A stretch of 63,727 nt of DNA, counting the filler. It is 4 parts of 4 records of this genome, joined end to end, with 100 filler letters (N's around TTAATTAATTAA, not from the genome) between each part and the next. Parts side by side here need not be neighbours in the genome. Positions count along the whole stretch, not along the records: positions 20,048 to 34,006 come from SRR20825006_2881; 3 more parts are not named here. The stretch is one strand, 5' to 3'. The notes below the pieces were generated by a model. The model did not search any database and had not been told where the DNA came from. It saw only the letters and a list, made by a program, of their open reading frames with translations. A program made the translations under genes and the position numbers. The first letter of the stretch is position 1, and every line of letters starts with the position of its first letter. This document shows, in pieces, positions 20,661 to 29,518 of this stretch.

Positions 20661-23600
20661 ATGAAAAAAACTACACTTTTCGCATTTTTGCTTTTAAGCA
20701 CATTTTCGTTCTCACAAAATTCTTTAAGTCTGGAAAAAGGATTGGCTACTTCTTTTGAGATTACTGAAATATTTTCAGGACAAGATGGTACAGATTTAAC
20801 TGCAGACTGGTTCGAAATCAAAAATATCGGAACCTCAGCGTATCAAGTTGCTATAGATGGTAATTTGTATTATGACGATGATTCTGCCGACCCTACAACA
20901 GCAGATATAATTCAAGGAATTACAGAAATTCAACCAAATAGTTTTGCAATTGTAATAATAGGTGAAGCAAGTGATGTTACAACTTTTACAACCGTTTGGA
21001 GTGAAGTTGTAGACCTTACAGGTATCCAAATTGGTTATACAGATGGCGCTGGACTTGGTGCTGGAGGCGATGCAGTAAACTTATGGATGGGCGACCCGCT
21101 AACCACTGCGGTTGTTACTTCTGCTTCATATCCAGACACCTCTGCAAACGATGGTCAGACTTATGATGTTGAACTTGCTAATTTTAGTACTGTTGGCAAT
21201 ATTAATAATGCTGTTGCAACAGCAGCAATGGGTGGTGGAAATTCAGATGTGCCAAATATTGGTTCACCTGGAAATGTAGCAGGTGCTTTTAATCTTATTA
21301 TTACTGAAATATTCTCTGGTCAAGATGGTGCAGATTTAACAGCAGACTGGTTCGAAATTAAAAACACAGGTGCTGCCGCTTGGATTTCTGGCGTTGATAA
21401 CGATTTGTATTATGACGATGAATCTGCTGACCCAACTACTGCAGATGTTATTCATGGAATTACAGAAATTCAACCAAATGGTTTTGCAATTGTAATAATA
21501 GGTGACGCAAACGATGTTACAACTTTTACAGCTATTTGGAGCCAAGTAATAGATTTGTCTACTGTTCAAATAGGCTATACTGATGGTGCCGGTCTTGGTG
21601 CTGGCGGCGATGCTGTAACTATTTGGGCAAGCGACCCAATGACGACTTTGCCAGTGAATACTGCTTCATATCCAGATACTTCAGCAAACGATGGTCAGTC
21701 TTTTGATGTAGATCTTGCCGCTTTTAGTGTTGTAGGAAATGCAAACGGTGCGGTGGAAACGATTGATTTGGGAGGAAGTAATGCAGATGTTCCCAATATC
21801 GGATCTCCTGGAAATGGTACAGGTATTAATACTGTTAGTGTTCAGTTTGACGCTTCTTATATTTCAGTTTCTGAAGATGGAAATTCTGTAACGATAAATG
21901 TTCAGGTTTCCCAAGCACCAACAGTTAATGGCACGGTTGAGGTAAGCTTGCATCAAGGTGGAACTGCTGTTGAAGGCACAGATTTTACATTTGCTTCTGC
22001 CCAGACGTTAACTTTTAACGCTGGTAGTACTGCGTCACAATCAGTTACAATTCCTATTCTAAACAATACTGAAGATGGGAGTGATTTGTTCTTTATTCTT
22101 TCACTTACAAACGAATCAAATGTAACTATAGGGACAACAGCTTTATTTTCAGTTTATATTCTTGATGATGATACAGAAGTACCTTCTGAAAACACTTCAG
22201 AACTTGATGTAAAGTATCTAACAAGTTATTTAGTTGATGCTGGTGGAACTGCAGAAATTACGGCTTATGATCCTGCTTCGAAGCGTCTTTTTGTAACTAC
22301 AGTAGGAGCTATTGAAGCTTTAGACTTTTCTGATCCAGAAAATATTACTTCTTTAGCTACAGTTGATATTACTTCTTTTGGAAGTTCTGTTCAAAGTGTA
22401 GCAGTAAACAATGGAATGGTTGCCGCAGCAATTGCAGCCAATAATCCACTTGATAACGGTTTTGTAGTCCTTGCAGATACAGATGGAAATAATACCACAG
22501 TATTGGAAGTAGGTTCTTTACCAGATATGCTTACCTTTTCTCCAGATGGCACAAAGCTTTTGGTTGCAAATGAAGGCCAACCGAGTAACGATTACACAAT
22601 TGACCCAGAAGGTTCTGTTTCTGTGATTGATGTTACTGCTGGTTTGGGAAATATTACACAAGCAGATGTAACTACTATAAATTTTAATGCTTTTGATTCG
22701 CAAGAAGCCGTTTTAAAAGCTGCTGGAGTTCGTGTTTTTGGTCCAAATGCAACAGTTTCTCAAGATATGGAGCCAGAATACATTGCGGTTTCAGACGATT
22801 CGCAAATGGCTTACGTAGTTCTTCAAGAGAATAATGCGTATGCAATAATTGATTTAACTACTTTGGGAATTACTGAAATTATTTCCTTCGGAAAAAAAGA
22901 CCATAGTTTACCGCAAAATTCTTTGGATACTTCTGATGAAACCGATTTTATTTTCAACGCTTCTTGGCCAGTACACGGGTTGTACATGCCAGATGCGGCT
23001 TCTTATTACTCGGTAAACGGTACAGGGTATATAGTTACTGCCAATGAAGGAGATGCGCGTGATTATTCTGGTTACGAAGAAGAAAAAAAGATTGGCGATG
23101 CAGATTATATTTTAGATCCTGCTATTTTTTCTGATGCAGCTATATTAGAATTAAAAACCAACCTAGGCGATATTAATGTAACCGCTGCTTCTGGTGATGC
23201 AGATGGCGATGGCTTATATGAAGAAATACACGTTTTTGGAGGACGTTCTTTTAGCATTTTTGAAGCAGAAACAGGAAACTTGGTTTACGATAGTGGGAAC
23301 GATTTTGAAGTTATTACCGCTGAAGACCCAACATTGGGAGGCATATTTAATGCAAGTAATGATAACAATACATTAAAAAACAGAAGTGATAACAAAGGGC
23401 CAGAGCCAGAAGGCGTGGTGGTGAAACAAATTGGCAATCAAGCGTATGCTTTTATATTATTAGAACGTGTTGGTGGAATGATGGTTTATAATGTTACTAA
23501 TCCAGCAAATCCAGAATTTCTTCAGTATGTAAATAGTAGAGGGACAGCTCCAGGAGCACCTGAAAGTGGAGATTTAGGGCCAGAAGGAGTTGTGTATATT

Positions 23601-23927
23601 ACTCCTGCAGATAGCCCAACGGGGAAAGCTTTGGTGATTCTTTCAAATGAAGTGAGTGCTACCTTAAGCATATATTCATTAGATAATGTTTTTCTTTCTG
23701 TAAATGACAATGAATTTGGCTCAGATGAAAGCTTTAAAGTGTATCCAAACCCAGCTAATGAGAATGTGTTTTTAAGTAAACCAGATTATTATACTGTTTT
23801 TGATTTATTGGGACGTAAAATTATTTCAACAAATGAAACGGCATCTTTGAATGTTTCTAGCCTTAATGCTGGAACGTACATTATTAAAAATGCAGCAGGT
23901 GTTTCACAAAAATTGATTATTAAGTAG
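20661..23927 (+). CDS. T9SS-secreted multidomain protein: two lamin-tail-like repeats, Calx-beta, choice-of-anchor I (atypical alkaline-phosphatase-like beta-propeller), T9SS type A CTD
   Basis: Signal peptide; two 172-aa repeats; Calx-beta-like segment (SVSED...GTAVEGTDF...LTF...ILDDD); motifs ANEGQP, EPEYIAV, TANEGDAR, GGRSFSI, RSDNKGPEPEG, DLGPEG, NEVS; CTD YPNPA...GTYII...KLIIK. Confidence 0.88.
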   Translation: MKKTTLFAFLLLSTFSFSQNSLSLEKGLATSFEITEIFSGQDGTDLTADWFEIKNIGTSAYQVAIDGNLYYDDDSADPTTADIIQGITEIQPNSFAIVIIGEASDVTTFTTVWSEVVDLTGIQIGYTDGAGLGAGGDAVNLWMGDPLTTAVVTSASYPDTSANDGQTYDVELANFSTVGNINNAVATAAMGGGNSDVPNIGSPGNVAGAFNLIITEIFSGQDGADLTADWFEIKNTGAAAWISGVDNDLYYDDESADPTTADVIHGITEIQPNGFAIVIIGDANDVTTFTAIWSQVIDLSTVQIGYTDGAGLGAGGDAVTIWASDPMTTLPVNTASYPDTSANDGQSFDVDLAAFSVVGNANGAVETIDLGGSNADVPNIGSPGNGTGINTVSVQFDASYISVSEDGNSVTINVQVSQAPTVNGTVEVSLHQGGTAVEGTDFTFASAQTLTFNAGSTASQSVTIPILNNTEDGSDLFFILSLTNESNVTIGTTALFSVYILDDDTEVPSENTSELDVKYLTSYLVDAGGTAEITAYDPASKRLFVTTVGAIEALDFSDPENITSLATVDITSFGSSVQSVAVNNGMVAAAIAANNPLDNGFVVLADTDGNNTTVLEVGSLPDMLTFSPDGTKLLVANEGQPSNDYTIDPEGSVSVIDVTAGLGNITQADVTTINFNAFDSQEAVLKAAGVRVFGPNATVSQDMEPEYIAVSDDSQMAYVVLQENNAYAIIDLTTLGITEIISFGKKDHSLPQNSLDTSDETDFIFNASWPVHGLYMPDAASYYSVNGTGYIVTANEGDARDYSGYEEEKKIGDADYILDPAIFSDAAILELKTNLGDINVTAASGDADGDGLYEEIHVFGGRSFSIFEAETGNLVYDSGNDFEVITAEDPTLGGIFNASNDNNTLKNRSDNKGPEPEGVVVKQIGNQAYAFILLERVGGMMVYNVTNPANPEFLQYVNSRGTAPGAPESGDLGPEGVVYITPADSPTGKALVILSNEVSATLSIYSLDNVFLSVNDNEFGSDESFKVYPNPANENVFLSKPDYYTVFDLLGRKIISTNETASLNVSSLNAGTYIIKNAAGVSQKLIIK
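20760..21815 (+). repeat. Intragenic tandem duplication with a 540-nt period (20760-21275 and 21300-21815)
   Basis: The copies align without indels from ITEIFSGQDG to PNIGSPGN; about 46 of 172 aa differ by manual count. Confidence 0.95.
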
Positions 23928-23962
23928 TTGTTTATTTTTTATATTTTGAATTGTTAAGCTTT

Positions 23963-23992
23963 AAACCGCTTCTTTAATTAGAAGCGGTTTTT
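23963..23992 (+). terminator. Intrinsic terminator
   Basis: AAACCGCTTCT-TTAATT-AGAAGCGGTTT followed by T-rich sequence, after the T9SS cargo gene. Confidence 0.85.
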
Positions 23993-24004
23993 ACTTTTTA
24001 AATG

Positions 24005-24012
24005 TATTTTTG
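24005..24012 (+). promoter_or_regulatory. Bacteroidetes -7 promoter element (TAnnTTTG) for the men gene run
   Basis: TATTTTTG ends 20 nt upstream of the menA ATG. Confidence 0.55.
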
Positions 24013-24032
24013 TGTTTCAAAAAATATCTTGA

Positions 24033-24992
24033 ATGACAAAAATTAAAGCTTGGTTTGCAGCCGCAAGATTACGCACATTGCCACTTTCGGTTTCAGGGAT
24101 TATTGTTGGGGCGAGTGCTGGAATAGTTCAAAAAAACATTTTTTTTCAAGAACAAGCTGATATAGAGTTTGGTGGAGTAGTTTGCTTATCTGGTTCATCA
24201 ATAATCGAATCACTCACGTTTTGGTTAGCAATTATAGTCACCATCGGTTTTCAAGTGCTTTCTAATTTTGCAAACGATTATGGAGATGGCATACGCGGAA
24301 CCGACGCCAAAAGAGAAGGCGAAAAACGAATGGTTGCTTCAGGGATAATTTCACCCAAACATATGAAAATTGGAATGATTAGTACCGGAATCATTACTTT
24401 TTTCTTAGCTACAATTTTAATTTTCAAAGCTTTTGGAAATCAAAATTTCATCATTTCTTTTGTGTTTTTTAATCTTACAATTGTTTCCATTATTGCTGCT
24501 GTAAAATATACTGTGGGTAAAAAAGCTTATGGTTATTCTGGCTTAGGCGATGTTTTTGTATTTCTGTTTTTCGGATTACTAAGCGTTTTAGGAAGCTATT
24601 ATCTTTTTACACATAGCTTAAATTGGGAGTTAATATTGCCAGCTACTGCAATAGGTTGTTTTAGCACCGCAGTACTAAATTTAAACAATATGCGCGATAT
24701 TGAAAATGACGCCACAGCAGAAAAAAATACTTTGGTCGTAAAATTAGGTATAGAAAAAGCAAAACAATATCACGTTTTCTTATTGCTTTTTGGAATGTTT
24801 TGTGCAATAATTTACACCATACTCAATTATCGTGAACCATTGCAATTTGTATATATTCTTGCTTTTATTCCTTTTCTACTAAATATTAAAACAGTTCTAA
24901 AAAATAAGATTCCTATGCTACTTGATGGTGAATTGAAAAAGGTTGCACTAAGCACTTTTTTGTTTGCAATCTTGTTTAGTATATTTATTTAA
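24033..24992 (+). CDS. menA: 1,4-dihydroxy-2-naphthoate octaprenyltransferase
   Basis: AARLRTLPLS, SNFANDYGDG, GLGDVFVF, LNLNNMRD...KNTL (UbiA-family Asp-rich motifs). Confidence 0.93.
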   Translation: MTKIKAWFAAARLRTLPLSVSGIIVGASAGIVQKNIFFQEQADIEFGGVVCLSGSSIIESLTFWLAIIVTIGFQVLSNFANDYGDGIRGTDAKREGEKRMVASGIISPKHMKIGMISTGIITFFLATILIFKAFGNQNFIISFVFFNLTIVSIIAAVKYTVGKKAYGYSGLGDVFVFLFFGLLSVLGSYYLFTHSLNWELILPATAIGCFSTAVLNLNNMRDIENDATAEKNTLVVKLGIEKAKQYHVFLLLFGMFCAIIYTILNYREPLQFVYILAFIPFLLNIKTVLKNKIPMLLDGELKKVALSTFLFAILFSIFI

Positions 24993-25001
24993 AAAAATAA
25001 T

Positions 25002-25682
25002 ATGAAAATTACATACTACGGACAAAATTGCTTGGGCATTGAAATAAAAGGAAAGAACATCTTGGTAGATCCTTTTATTACTGGAAATGACCTTGCAAAA
25101 GATAAAATAGACATTTATTCACTTAAAGCAGACTATATACTATTAACGCACGCACATCAAGACCATACACTAGATGCTGAAGCAATAGCTAAAAATACAG
25201 CTGCTGTAATTGTTAGTAATTTTGAAATTGCGACTCATTACGAAGCAAAAGGTATTGAAGTACACCCAATGAATCATGGTGGAAGCTGGAAATTTGAATT
25301 CGGAAAAGTAAAATATGTAAATGCCATTCACACCAGTTCTTTTCCCGATGGCAGCTACGGCGGTCAACCTGGAGGATTTGTAATTGAAGGTGAGCATAAA
25401 AACATATACATCGCTGGCGATACTGCGCTAACAATGGATATGAAATTGATACCATTACAAACAAAGTTAGATTTGGCAATTCTACCTATTGGCGATAACT
25501 TTACTATGGGTATTGAAGATGCCATTATTGCCAGTGATTTTGTGGAATGTGACAAAGTGTTGGGTGTTCATTATGACACTTTTGGCTATATTGAAATTAA
25601 CCACGAAGAAGCAAAGCGTAAATTTTATGATGCCAATAAAGATTTAATGCTTCTTGAAATTGGCGAATCAATCGAATTATAA
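25002..25682 (+). CDS. Metallo-beta-lactamase-fold metal-dependent hydrolase (UPF0173-like)
   Basis: THAHQDH (HxHxDH), AIHTSS, AGDT, LPIGDNFTMG, GVHYDTF. Confidence 0.9.
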   Translation: MKITYYGQNCLGIEIKGKNILVDPFITGNDLAKDKIDIYSLKADYILLTHAHQDHTLDAEAIAKNTAAVIVSNFEIATHYEAKGIEVHPMNHGGSWKFEFGKVKYVNAIHTSSFPDGSYGGQPGGFVIEGEHKNIYIAGDTALTMDMKLIPLQTKLDLAILPIGDNFTMGIEDAIIASDFVECDKVLGVHYDTFGYIEINHEEAKRKFYDANKDLMLLEIGESIEL

Positions 25683-25705
25683 CCTAGATATACCAATAAT
25701 CCCAA

Positions 25706-26752
25706 TTGAAAGCAACATTCAAAAAGCATATCTTAAATTTTAAACGCCCTAGTGGAACTTCTCGTGGGGTGATGAAAACTAAAGAAACATTTTTTCTTAT
25801 TTTAAAAAACGATGAAAGTTTTGGAGTGGGGGAATGTGGTTTGTTGCGAGGTCTAAGTATTGATGACCGTCCAGATTATGAAGAAGTACTAAAAAAAGTA
25901 TGTGAATCTATTACCCAAGGTGTAAAAGAAGAAAAATTACTTGAAGAATTACAAGAATTTCCTTCAATACAATTTGGAGTTGAAACCGCTTTTAAATCTA
26001 TAAATTCCGAAAATCCATTTGAAATTTTCCTTTCACAATTTACGCGTGGTGAAGCATCAATTGCTATAAATGGTTTAGTTTGGATGGGCGATAAAGCATT
26101 TATGAAAGCACAGATTTCAGAAAAGTTAAAGCAAGGTTTTAGCTGCATCAAAATGAAGATTGGCGCAATAGATTTCAAAACGGAATTGGAATTATTAAAA
26201 GCTATCAGAAAAGAATTTTCAGCTTTGGAAGTTGAACTCCGCGTAGATGCTAATGGTGCTTTTTCACCCAAAGAAGCTTTAGAGAAATTAAAAATCCTTT
26301 CAGATTTGCAATTACATTCCATCGAGCAACCCATTAAACAAGGGCAATGGCAAGAAATGGCGCGACTGTGTGAAGAAACACCACTGCCAATTGCTTTGGA
26401 TGAGGAATTAATAGGCGTTTTTTCAGATGAAGAAAAAAATAAATTGATCGAAACTATAAAACCTCAATTTATAATATTGAAACCTTCATTAATCGGAGGT
26501 TTCCAAGGAAGCGATAGCTGGATAAATCTTACTGAAAACCATAATACTGGTTGGTGGATTACTTCTGCTTTGGAGAGTAATATCGGATTAAACGCGATTT
26601 CACAATATACCTATACAAAAAATAGTAAATTGCCACAAGGTTTAGGCACAGGAAGCCTGTACACAAATAATATTGAGAGTCCGCTGGAGGTTTCTAAAGG
26701 AACTTTAAATTATACTATAAATAGGCAGTGGGATTATAAAATAACTCATTAA
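25706..26752 (+). CDS. menC: o-Succinylbenzoate synthase (enolase superfamily)
   Basis: KMKIG, LRVDANG, IEQP, ALDEEL, LKPS, SALES, GLGT; flanked by menA and menE. Confidence 0.9.
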   Translation: MKATFKKHILNFKRPSGTSRGVMKTKETFFLILKNDESFGVGECGLLRGLSIDDRPDYEEVLKKVCESITQGVKEEKLLEELQEFPSIQFGVETAFKSINSENPFEIFLSQFTRGEASIAINGLVWMGDKAFMKAQISEKLKQGFSCIKMKIGAIDFKTELELLKAIRKEFSALEVELRVDANGAFSPKEALEKLKILSDLQLHSIEQPIKQGQWQEMARLCEETPLPIALDEELIGVFSDEEKNKLIETIKPQFIILKPSLIGGFQGSDSWINLTENHNTGWWITSALESNIGLNAISQYTYTKNSKLPQGLGTGSLYTNNIESPLEVSKGTLNYTINRQWDYKITH

Positions 26753-26778
26753 AATATATTTTTCATAAATCACTCTAT

Positions 26779-27750
26779 ATGTATATTCAACAAGCATTTA
26801 AATTCAAACACGAATGGTGGCGTTATTTAGTAGGCTTTACAATTATTTTTATTGTAAGCCAAATTGCGGCAGTACCTTTTATAATAGTTGCAGCGCTTAA
26901 AGTTTTTTCAGAGGGAGGAGATATAGCTTCATTACAGGATCAAAATACGATAATGAATATTTTAGATTCTAACTTAACCTTGTTTTTAATGCTTCTAAGT
27001 TTTGCAATTGGCTTAGTTGGACTATTCTTAGTGGTGAAACACTTTCATAAACAACCACTATTAAGATTAACTACTTCTCGAAAAAAAATTGATTGGGGGC
27101 GTGTGTTTTTTTCATTTGGACTTATTGTTCTCACTACACTTGGGCTAACATTATTAGATTTTCACAATAATCCTGAAAATTATGTGGTCCAGTTTGATTT
27201 GGTTCCATTTTTAATTTTAGCAGTAATAGTTATAGTAATGATACCAATGCAAACAAGTTTTGAAGAGTATGTTTTTCGTGGATATTTAATGCAGGGGATT
27301 GGTGTTTTAGCAAAGAATAGATGGCTTCCATTACTTATAACTTCAGTGGTTTTTGGGGCACTTCATTTTTCAAATCCTGAAGTGGATAAGTTAGGAAACA
27401 TTGTAATGATTTATTATATAGGAACAGGTTTTTTCCTTGGAATAATGACTCTTATGGATGAAGGAATGGAGCTTGCACTAGGTTTTCATGCTGGAAATAA
27501 TTTAATAGCTGCACTTTTAGTAACTTCAGATTGGACAGTTTTTAAAACACATTCTATTTTAAAAGATATTTCAGAGCCTTCTGCTGGAATAGATGTACTT
27601 GCTCCAGTTTTAATTTTATACCCAATCTTTTTATTAATCATGGCTTGGCGCTATAAATGGAGTGATTGGGGCGGTAAGCTTTTTGGAAAAGTTGAAGAAC
27701 CTATTGATAGGGTTGAAGAAAACACTCCAAACCCAACAGCTATTGAGTAG
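26779..27750 (+). CDS. CPBP (CAAX/Abi) family intramembrane metalloprotease
   Basis: EEYVFRG, FGALH and HAGNN motifs; multiple TM segments. Confidence 0.92.
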   Translation: MYIQQAFKFKHEWWRYLVGFTIIFIVSQIAAVPFIIVAALKVFSEGGDIASLQDQNTIMNILDSNLTLFLMLLSFAIGLVGLFLVVKHFHKQPLLRLTTSRKKIDWGRVFFSFGLIVLTTLGLTLLDFHNNPENYVVQFDLVPFLILAVIVIVMIPMQTSFEEYVFRGYLMQGIGVLAKNRWLPLLITSVVFGALHFSNPEVDKLGNIVMIYYIGTGFFLGIMTLMDEGMELALGFHAGNNLIAALLVTSDWTVFKTHSILKDISEPSAGIDVLAPVLILYPIFLLIMAWRYKWSDWGGKLFGKVEEPIDRVEENTPNPTAIE

Positions 27751-28817
27751 TGAAACCATTAGTACATACCAATTTTAAACTTAACAACAAAGCGTTTCCG
27801 TCGGCTGAAGCACTAAATGCTTATGCATTAAATTTAGTGGAAAATGGAAATGAACCTGAAGCATCTATTGGGCGTTTTATTCTAGAATGGCTTAATCAAA
27901 ATAATTTTATAAGTGTTAAAACTTCTGGTTCTACAGGTGTTCCAAAAGAAATTTTACTTCAAAAAAAACACGTATTTAATAGTGCCAATGCTACAAATTT
28001 GTTTTTTGATTTAAAAGAGAATACAAAAGCGCTTTTATGTCTCCCTTCAGAATATATTGCAGGCAAAATGATGCTTGTTCGTGCTATGATAGGTGGTTGG
28101 AATTTACATGCTGTTTCCCCTGAAAAAAACCCACTTGAGGACAGTAATGATGAATATGATTTTACTGCTATGGTTCCGTATCAAGCGTTTCATTCATTAG
28201 CTGATTTGCATAAAGTTAAAAAGCTGATAATTGGCGGTGGTGCAGTGTCAAATGAGCTTGAAAAAGAACTGCAACATGTTAAAACCGCCGTATTCGCTAC
28301 TTATGGAATGACGGAAACCATCAGCCATATTGCTGTTCGGCCTATAAATGGTGCTGAAAAATCTCCTATTTTTTCTGCACTTCCAAAAGTAAATTTTTCA
28401 AAAACAGAAAGTGATTGTTTGCAAATTCATGCTTTAGAAATTTCGGAAGAAACAGTTCTTACAAATGATGTTGTTGAGTTACTTTCACCTACCTCGTTTA
28501 AATTTTTAGGAAGAATTGATAACGTAATAAATACTGGAGGTGTAAAAGTACACCCAGAATTGGTTGAAAAAAAGCTTTCGCACCATATTCAATCTCCTTT
28601 TATCATTACTTCTGAAAAAAATGAAGCTTTAGGCGAACAATTAATTTTAATTGTTGAAAGTATTGAAAATTTGAAATTAGAAAGTTTTTCGGAAGCTTTT
28701 AAAGTACTTTCAAAATATGAAATTCCTAAAAAAGTCTATAAAACGGCTCAATTTAAATATACAGATACCGGAAAAATAAAAAGAAATGCAGCCCTAATAA
28801 AAACGGAACTTCTATAA
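27750..28817 (+). CDS. menE: o-Succinylbenzoate-CoA ligase, short Bacteroidetes type
   Basis: AMP-binding TSGSTGVPK, TYGMTET, GRIDNVINTGGVKV, TGKIKR; men gene context. Confidence 0.8.
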   Translation: MKPLVHTNFKLNNKAFPSAEALNAYALNLVENGNEPEASIGRFILEWLNQNNFISVKTSGSTGVPKEILLQKKHVFNSANATNLFFDLKENTKALLCLPSEYIAGKMMLVRAMIGGWNLHAVSPEKNPLEDSNDEYDFTAMVPYQAFHSLADLHKVKKLIIGGGAVSNELEKELQHVKTAVFATYGMTETISHIAVRPINGAEKSPIFSALPKVNFSKTESDCLQIHALEISEETVLTNDVVELLSPTSFKFLGRIDNVINTGGVKVHPELVEKKLSHHIQSPFIITSEKNEALGEQLILIVESIENLKLESFSEAFKVLSKYEIPKKVYKTAQFKYTDTGKIKRNAALIKTELL

Positions 28818-28827
28818 ATCAAGGTTT

Positions 28828-29325
28828 TTAGATTACAGGTTGATCTTGCTGCTGAAATTGATTTTTCAAATTTCCTTCTAGCTTTAAATCTTGTTCTATT
28901 TTATCACGTGTAGGTTTCTGGAGTATTAACCAACCTGCTAATACTAATGTGATTATTAAAAAATATAGATTTCCGTCATGCATAAATGCTGTAACACTTA
29001 GTAAAGCAGGACCTTCAATAAGAGCGTATTTTACGAGAGCAGCAGTCTGTAAACCGCTCAATTTTTCTGTTAATGTATTTTTTAAAGCCAGTTTTTTTAA
29101 AATATTTTGATAAATATAATTCCCAGCTAATATTCCTAAAATAGCCATTATGGGAACGAAATAAAACATTTTATCTCCGGTGTAACTTAACATTAATGAC
29201 TGTTCTTTTGTTTGTAAAAAAATAATTAAAGCAAATATTAGCACCCCAGCCACCATCGATAAGTGAATGAGAGAATATGTTCTAAAAAAAGACTTTGGTG
29301 TAAGAAGAGGCGTTTTTTTGTGCAT
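28828..29325 (-). CDS. Hypothetical 4-TM membrane protein
   Basis: 165-aa ORF with four hydrophobic segments and YALIEGPAL; fills the gap between convergent genes. Confidence 0.75.
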   Translation of the reverse strand: MHKKTPLLTPKSFFRTYSLIHLSMVAGVLIFALIIFLQTKEQSLMLSYTGDKMFYFVPIMAILGILAGNYIYQNILKKLALKNTLTEKLSGLQTAALVKYALIEGPALLSVTAFMHDGNLYFLIITLVLAGWLILQKPTRDKIEQDLKLEGNLKNQFQQQDQPVI

Positions 29326-29422
29326 AATTCATTGAGGTTAGGATTATAAAATTTTCATTTATTTTAATAAAAAAAGAACAAAAAGTTATCAAATGTAGTT
29401 GATTTGTATAAAGTATCCAACT

Positions 29423-29452
29423 TTCCCTCATCCAAAACCTGCGTTCCCTCAT
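29423..29452 (+). promoter_or_regulatory. Perfect 9-bp direct repeat TTCCCTCAT with a 12-bp spacer (candidate regulator site)
   Basis: Copies at 29423-29431 and 29444-29452, upstream of the vWA gene. Confidence 0.55.
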
Positions 29453-29518
29453 TTGTTATTTTATAGTTTTATCCTGTAGGGTAGTTTTACAATGAGTTTA
29501 ACCCTAAAACCACTCATT

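Noticed and set aside
20048..21815. Repeats as a possible CRISPR array or DGR template/variable repeat pair
   Set aside because: The heptamer has no spacers. The 540-nt duplication is in-frame within one ORF, its differences are not confined to adenines, and no cas or reverse transcriptase gene is present.
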